IMG/VR virus record: IMGVR_UViG_3300032307_000117
Coordinates: 1-64,000 of that record
Origin: a virus
Direction: 5' to 3' (one strand)
Length of the DNA: 64,000 nt
The notes under the pieces are model-generated. The model was not told the DNA's origin and did not search any database. It saw only the letters and a program-made list of their open reading frames with translations. This document shows positions 59,423-64,000 of the stretch, one piece after another. The number at the start of each line of letters is the position of its first letter. The first letter of the stretch is position 1. The position numbers were made by a program, and so were the translations under genes.

Positions 59423-59764
59423 TTAGGATTCGTCTAGCAGAGTGTATGTTCCATCTGGTGCTGGCTCGTGGGGAACTGGCTCATCTGATGGTGGGACTAC
59501 AATAGACGGATCATAGTCAAATGGCTCTGGTCTAGGAATTACTGGCTCATCTGGGTTGTTGCCCTGAATAAATTCAGATGTTGAATCTAGCAATGCCGTA
59601 ATGTAGGCATCTGCCCAATTCTGAACTTCCTGTCTATTAGCCCAAGGCGTACCATCTGGCCAGTCTGGCTGGAATAGGAATGGGGCATTGCCTGGTAGCT
59701 CCAAGTCATTATCCCAAACCCTAAGGTGATTGTTTGCATCTATTTCATAGTAGTACTTGCTCAT
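59423..59764 (-). CDS. small fibre-associated protein (start MSKYY, ATGA overlap)
   Basis: FQPDWPDGTPW...WA motif; translationally coupled to the glycosyltransferase. Confidence 0.6.
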   Translation of the reverse strand: MSKYYYEIDANNHLRVWDNDLELPGNAPFLFQPDWPDGTPWANRQEVQNWADAYITALLDSTSEFIQGNNPDEPVIPRPEPFDYDPSIVVPPSDEPVPHEPAPDGTYTLLDES

Positions 59765-60429
59765 GATCTTGGTCCTTCCCATGTTAGTTTCATGACTTTG
59801 TTGTGTTCTAGTTTGATACTTGGGTCGAACCAGATTTCAAATCCAGCTTCCCCCGCTCTGTGGCAGAATGATAGGTCTTCTCCAGTGATAGAAAAGTCAA
59901 GTTTTCCACCATCCCAGTCTACCTCAACTTTTGGAGACTGGAACCATGGCCTGCTAAGTGATTCGAATACTCCAGACTTTACTGCCATAAAACCCATTCC
60001 TGCACCCCAAACCTGTACTGGCTCTTTCATTTGTAGAACCTGATCGTAGGTGTATGGCTGCCCCATCTTTTCTTTGTGGGCAACAACTGTTCCATTTCCA
60101 AGAAGGTACGCTCCAGCAACAACGTCATACTCAGACTCATAGGCTTTGATAACGTCTTCTGGGGTAAACCTGATATCAGAATCTATCCATAAAATTTTGT
60201 CGTATGTAATTTGACCACTAAATGGTCTGCTGTCTTTTGGATTTGGAGTATTGCTACCATTTAAAGTTATTTCTCTGGCGTCAGCCACATGGCTAGAATA
60301 TTCTGAGGTATATAGCCAAGAAATCTGCCTTCTGTTTAGCTCATCAATTGTCAACAATAGGCTTTTTAGATATGGTGCCATAACTGAATGACCAGGGGTA
60401 GCTATAACTAAATTTACGTGATTTTCCAT
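59761..60429 (-). CDS. GT-A fold glycosyltransferase
   Basis: LVIATP, ILWIDSDI (DxD), GMGFMAVK..VFE, PWF, GEDLSFC. Confidence 0.8.
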   Translation of the reverse strand: MENHVNLVIATPGHSVMAPYLKSLLLTIDELNRRQISWLYTSEYSSHVADAREITLNGSNTPNPKDSRPFSGQITYDKILWIDSDIRFTPEDVIKAYESEYDVVAGAYLLGNGTVVAHKEKMGQPYTYDQVLQMKEPVQVWGAGMGFMAVKSGVFESLSRPWFQSPKVEVDWDGGKLDFSITGEDLSFCHRAGEAGFEIWFDPSIKLEHNKVMKLTWEGPRS

Positions 60430-60457
60430 TTAACTTCTCTCTAGTATTTTGCTTATA

Positions 60458-61696
60458 TTATACTATAGCAGAAATTTCAGCTTTTTTCTCAAACAGGACT
60501 CTGGTCTCTGCAGTTGCTGCTCCACCAAAGGTGGTTGTATTCCACAAAACTGCCTGATGTACACCAGTGTTTGGCTGGAATCCCATACCGCCCATGAGAT
60601 AACGGTTGTTTCCAAAAATAATTCCATAGGCGTGATAGTCTGCACCACTAAATGTTGACGGATTTGTTCTAAGGGTCCATGTAAGTCCATCTACCGATGT
60701 TTGTACAGAATATCTTGCAGCAGCAATAAATATTCCACCCTGGAAAATTATTTCAAATATTGGCTGTTGGTTGCCAAATGGCGTAACTGCCCAAACCACA
60801 CCATCTGTAGAAGTTCTAAGCTGTCCATTTCCAGCAACCACAAATCTGCCATTACCAAATGCTGCAGCCTCTAGCCAGTTACCAACAGCATTAGCATTCC
60901 TTGTTGTCCAGGTAACGGTATCTGTAGAAGTTATAAGCTGGCCTTCTGCACCGCAGATAACATAAACGCCATTTCCGAACGCTGCGGATCTCATGCTTCT
61001 GCTTTGAAACGCTGATTGTGCAGAAGAGTTTACTTCGGACCAATTTACTCCATTTGTAGAAGTTCTTAGTGTCCCGCTGTCTCCACCTGCCAAGAAAATG
61101 TTATTTAAAAATCTTGCAAAGAAATAAGATGTTCCAGAAAAGGGTCTATCCCAATGCCAGGCATTTGTAGATGTCCACAACTCTCCTCCAGCAGATCCAC
61201 CAGCAACTGGAATAACATATCTTCCAGCACCGTAGGCTCCTGGGAAAAATGTACTATTTATCGTAGCATTTAATGGGTGGCCCCAGTCACCAGTTCCAGT
61301 TGTTGAAACCCTTAGTTGTGGGGCAAAGTTGTTGCCATCATACCTATAAACCCCCAATAAAAATAGCTCATTTCCAAATACTAAAGGTTTTGCAACGAAA
61401 TAGTTGTTAGACTCATATCCATATCCGCCAGTTAGGCCAGACCACGGAACAGCTCCAGATGCGCCCAATGGAGCAATCGTCATAGATGTTTGTGGGGTAG
61501 TTATGAAGTATGTGCCAGTAGTATTATTAACAAGAGTGTTTGTTCCTAAAGCAATGTTTCCAGATGAAGCTACTGTGACATTGTATACCCCAGGCTTAAT
61601 GTCAACTGGAACAGATCCAGAACGCTCAGTTATATACGCTCTGCTATAGCTAGATGGATCTCCACCAGCTGATAGCGGGAATTGTGAAATTGCCAC
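60458..61696 (-). CDS. beta-propeller (BNR/YCF48-like repeats) receptor-binding-like protein; GTG start
   Basis: Repeated (F/Y)GNG..V..G...L.TSTDG..W units. Confidence 0.75.
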   Translation of the reverse strand: MAISQFPLSAGGDPSSYSRAYITERSGSVPVDIKPGVYNVTVASSGNIALGTNTLVNNTTGTYFITTPQTSMTIAPLGASGAVPWSGLTGGYGYESNNYFVAKPLVFGNELFLLGVYRYDGNNFAPQLRVSTTGTGDWGHPLNATINSTFFPGAYGAGRYVIPVAGGSAGGELWTSTNAWHWDRPFSGTSYFFARFLNNIFLAGGDSGTLRTSTNGVNWSEVNSSAQSAFQSRSMRSAAFGNGVYVICGAEGQLITSTDTVTWTTRNANAVGNWLEAAAFGNGRFVVAGNGQLRTSTDGVVWAVTPFGNQQPIFEIIFQGGIFIAAARYSVQTSVDGLTWTLRTNPSTFSGADYHAYGIIFGNNRYLMGGMGFQPNTGVHQAVLWNTTTFGGAATAETRVLFEKKAEISAIV

Positions 61697-61737
61697 TACC
61701 TGACCTCAATTCTTAGAATAATCATTTTTAAATATAA

Positions 61738-63123
61738 CTACTGAGTTAATGTAGTTATCTCACCCTTCTTTTCAAAGGAAACATACGTGCTACCGCCAGA
61801 GACTGCCTCACCCATGCTTGTTGTGGTTAGTCCAGTTGCGTATGACCAGTTATTTCCATCTCGTCTACCCTGGCCACTCATAATCCATCTTCCATTACCA
61901 AAGTCAATTTTGCTAACATATCCAGAAGGATAGGTTCCAGTCCACCAAGGTGGATTATTTCTTAATGTCCAAGTAATTCCACTTGGAGATGTTGCCACAA
62001 AGTAATCTCCAGCCATAACAAAAATACCATTAGCAAACTTAAGTGCGTAAATCGCATTTCCAGTTCCTGGATTTCTTAGTTCCCAGTTTACTCCGTCAGT
62101 AGACGACCTTAGTTGATTTCCTCCAGCAACCAAGAATAATCCATTGCCGTAGGTTGCAGCTGTTAGCCAGTTACCAACGGCATTAGAGTTTCTTGTGGTC
62201 CAAGTTGTTAAGTTAGTTGAAGTAACGAGCTGTCCTTCTTGGCCTGCAACAACATAAGTTCCATTTCCATAAGCCATGCTTCTGATTGATCTGCCAACAA
62301 ATCCAATATCAATTGGAGCTGTCCAGTTAGTTCCATTTGTTGCATACCTAAAGTGACCGCCATCACCACCAATAAAGTGATAGCCATTAAAAAATTCTGC
62401 CATGTATGGCTGACCAAGTCCACCAGAAGAGTTACTGTTAATTTGTTCGTCCCAGTGGAAAGCATTTGTTGAAGACCAGACCCTTGGAGTACCAACCTGA
62501 GTAACCACATATCTTCCATTGCCGTATCCGCCAACAAAGAATTCGTTATCTACGTTTCCAGTTAAAACCTGTGGCCAGCTAGAAACGTTTGTAGAGACAT
62601 AAAGTCTAGGAACTTCTCCAACACCAGACCTATGCCTGAAGGCCATTAGGTAAACATCGTTTCCATAGCCGCAGCTACTAAACCAGCCATTCCAGTTGTC
62701 ATTGATAAAAATAGCGCCCCAGTTTACGTTTCCAGTAGATCCAATAGGGAGAATGTTCATGCTTGTTTGTGGTGTGTCAAAGAAATACATTGTGTTAGCA
62801 TTTTGAGAGATCGTCTGTCCACCGACAATAAAATCTGCAGCTGCTTGAGCTCTTACGTGATATGCTCCAGCTGGCACGTTAATTGTGTAAGTTCCAAAAC
62901 CAGTAACCTTATATGTTGGGTTATACTCAGTCTGGTCTCCAATAATTCCCAGGGTATTTGGTTCAGCAACGGCATATTCCAAAGCATTCCAAGCGGTAAC
63001 ACCATCACCAATCTTAAACTGGTTAGTGTCATTCTCTATACCCACTTCGCCAATAGCTAAAGTTGGGTTTTCAGATGTCCAGTTTGCCGCTGTATCATTA
63101 CGAAGCTGGATTTGTACTGACAT
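61738..63123 (-). CDS. Mtd-N-like domain fused to a beta-propeller paralogous to 60458..61696
   Basis: IQLRNDTAANW...GEVGIENDT..FKIGDG; shares TWTTRN.NAVGNWL.AA and FEKK.EI with 60458..61696. Confidence 0.75.
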   Translation of the reverse strand: MSVQIQLRNDTAANWTSENPTLAIGEVGIENDTNQFKIGDGVTAWNALEYAVAEPNTLGIIGDQTEYNPTYKVTGFGTYTINVPAGAYHVRAQAAADFIVGGQTISQNANTMYFFDTPQTSMNILPIGSTGNVNWGAIFINDNWNGWFSSCGYGNDVYLMAFRHRSGVGEVPRLYVSTNVSSWPQVLTGNVDNEFFVGGYGNGRYVVTQVGTPRVWSSTNAFHWDEQINSNSSGGLGQPYMAEFFNGYHFIGGDGGHFRYATNGTNWTAPIDIGFVGRSIRSMAYGNGTYVVAGQEGQLVTSTNLTTWTTRNSNAVGNWLTAATYGNGLFLVAGGNQLRSSTDGVNWELRNPGTGNAIYALKFANGIFVMAGDYFVATSPSGITWTLRNNPPWWTGTYPSGYVSKIDFGNGRWIMSGQGRRDGNNWSYATGLTTTSMGEAVSGGSTYVSFEKKGEITTLTQ

Positions 63124-64000
63124 TAAAAACTCCCTGCGTTTCCACCACTAATAGACATTATACCATTATAAATAGCACTAGCAGAGCCTCCGTCTATGTT
63201 TCCAAAATATCCGATATTGCCCTCTGGTCCTTGTGGACCCGCTGGACCCTGTGGTCCTGCTGGACCCTGTGGTCCTGGAACAGTACTAGCCGCTCCTGCT
63301 GGACCTGTTGGCCCCGCTGGTCCTTGTGGTCCTGCAGGTCCTTGTGGTCCTGGAACAGTACTGGCTGCACCAGTTGCTCCTGTCGGACCTGCTGGCCCCT
63401 GAGGACCTGGCTGATTAGAGGTTACCTCAATCCAATAGTTGTCATAAAAAATGTAAAACCTTGAGCTTGCTGCATCATACCAAAGTTTTCCTTCTTCGGG
63501 ATTCTGTGGCATATTTTCAGATACCAGGAATTTTCCATCTGGTCCCTGAGGTCCTTCTACACCCTGAGGACCTGGCTGACTAGGAAATGTCTCAACCCAG
63601 TAGTTATCATAAAACATGTAGAATCTAGAAGTTTCTGCATTGTACCAGGCGTCTCCCTCTTCTGGCGATTCTGGAGCAGTCTCAGAAACTAGGAACTTTC
63701 CTAAAGGACCTTGTGGGCCTTGTGGTCCTTCTGGACCAACCTGAGATGGATTTGAGTCTACCCAGAAACCATCGTAGTACAAGTAAGTTGTTCCAACGCT
63801 TGAGTTATACCAAAGATCTCCAGTTGCAGGATTTAGTGGTGGGGTATCGCTGACCGTTACGCTTACGGTTTCGCCACCGCCTCCGCCTCCTCCAGTCATT
63901 TCTCCTGGTATCCAGCTTGAGGTAGATTCGTTATAGATTAAGACATCGCCATTGCTTAGGCCAGAAAGATTTACGTTTGCAAGGGCATCTAAAGGAGATG
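63123..64000 (-). CDS. collagen-like fibre protein with three GDxW modules (5' end outside window)
   Basis: Frame stays open upstream of the 63899 Met (..[34 protein letters not shown]); 3x VS..P..P..G..WY....YD..W; GPQGPAG repeats; C-terminal IDGG..ISGG. Confidence 0.8.
   Translation of the reverse strand, partial: SPLDALANVNLSGLSNGDVLIYNESTSSWIPGEMTGGGGGGGETVSVTVSDTPPLNPATGDLWYNSSVGTTYLYYDGFWVDSNPSQVGPEGPQGPQGPLGKFLVSETAPESPEEGDAWYNAETSRFYMFYDNYWVETFPSQPGPQGVEGPQGPDGKFLVSENMPQNPEEGKLWYDAASSRFYIFYDNYWIEVTSNQPGPQGPAGPTGATGAASTVPGPQGPAGPQGPAGPTGPAGAASTVPGPQGPAGPQGPAGPQGPEGNIGYFGNIDGGSASAIYNGIMSISGGNAGSF
63225..63410 (-). repeat. collagen-coding short tandem repeats
   Basis: 9-nt-period GPx codon repeats and a duplicated [19 protein letters not shown] unit. 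Confidence 0.8.

Noticed and set aside
49930-63123. Diversity-generating retroelement, suggested by Mtd-N-like domains and paralogous genes
   Set aside because: No reverse transcriptase and no template/variable repeat pair differing only at adenines in this window; Mtd-N is only a structural N-terminal domain.
221-63464. All plus-strand ORFs and nested alternative-frame minus ORFs in the track
   Set aside because: They overlap well-supported minus-strand genes, lack motifs and SD signals, and look like antisense shadows of biased codon use.
1-64000. tRNA genes, integrase/att sites, recoded stop codons
   Set aside because: Intergenic gaps are short with no cloverleaf seen, no recombinase ORF is present, and genes read through intact in the standard code.

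Overview
About 64 kb of a large tailed dsDNA phage genome with long non-contractile-tail gene content. Every credible gene is on the minus strand. The host is probably an actinobacterium, inferred from the class Ib nrdH/nrdI/nrdE genes, DnaE, and many leaderless extended -10 promoters. In transcription order (right to left) the window holds: (1) a ~19 kb region of fibre, adhesin and accessory structural genes built from recurring small modules; (2) portal, protease-scaffold, capsid, head-tail and tail genes, a 2885-aa tape measure protein (TMP), and tail-tip genes; (3) replication/recombination genes (DnaB, primase, SSB, DnaE, NrdH, RecA, nucleases, resolvases); (4) terminase; (5) a signal-peptide-bearing surface protein, nrdI-nrdE and two methyltransferases. 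I saw no integrase, tRNA, CRISPR array or reverse transcriptase. The best candidates for undescribed biology are these. First, repeated cassettes of anchor, adaptor, Gly-rich adhesin and small partner, most with their own promoter, that suggest a peptide-docking code for branched virion fibres. Second, globular cargo domains, one DUF3626-like, embedded in the TMP between repeated motifs. Third, tail chaperones G and GT encoded as two paralogous genes instead of by frameshift. Fourth, a host-like surface protein in its own transcription unit. All family assignments come from motif recognition by eye; no database search was run.
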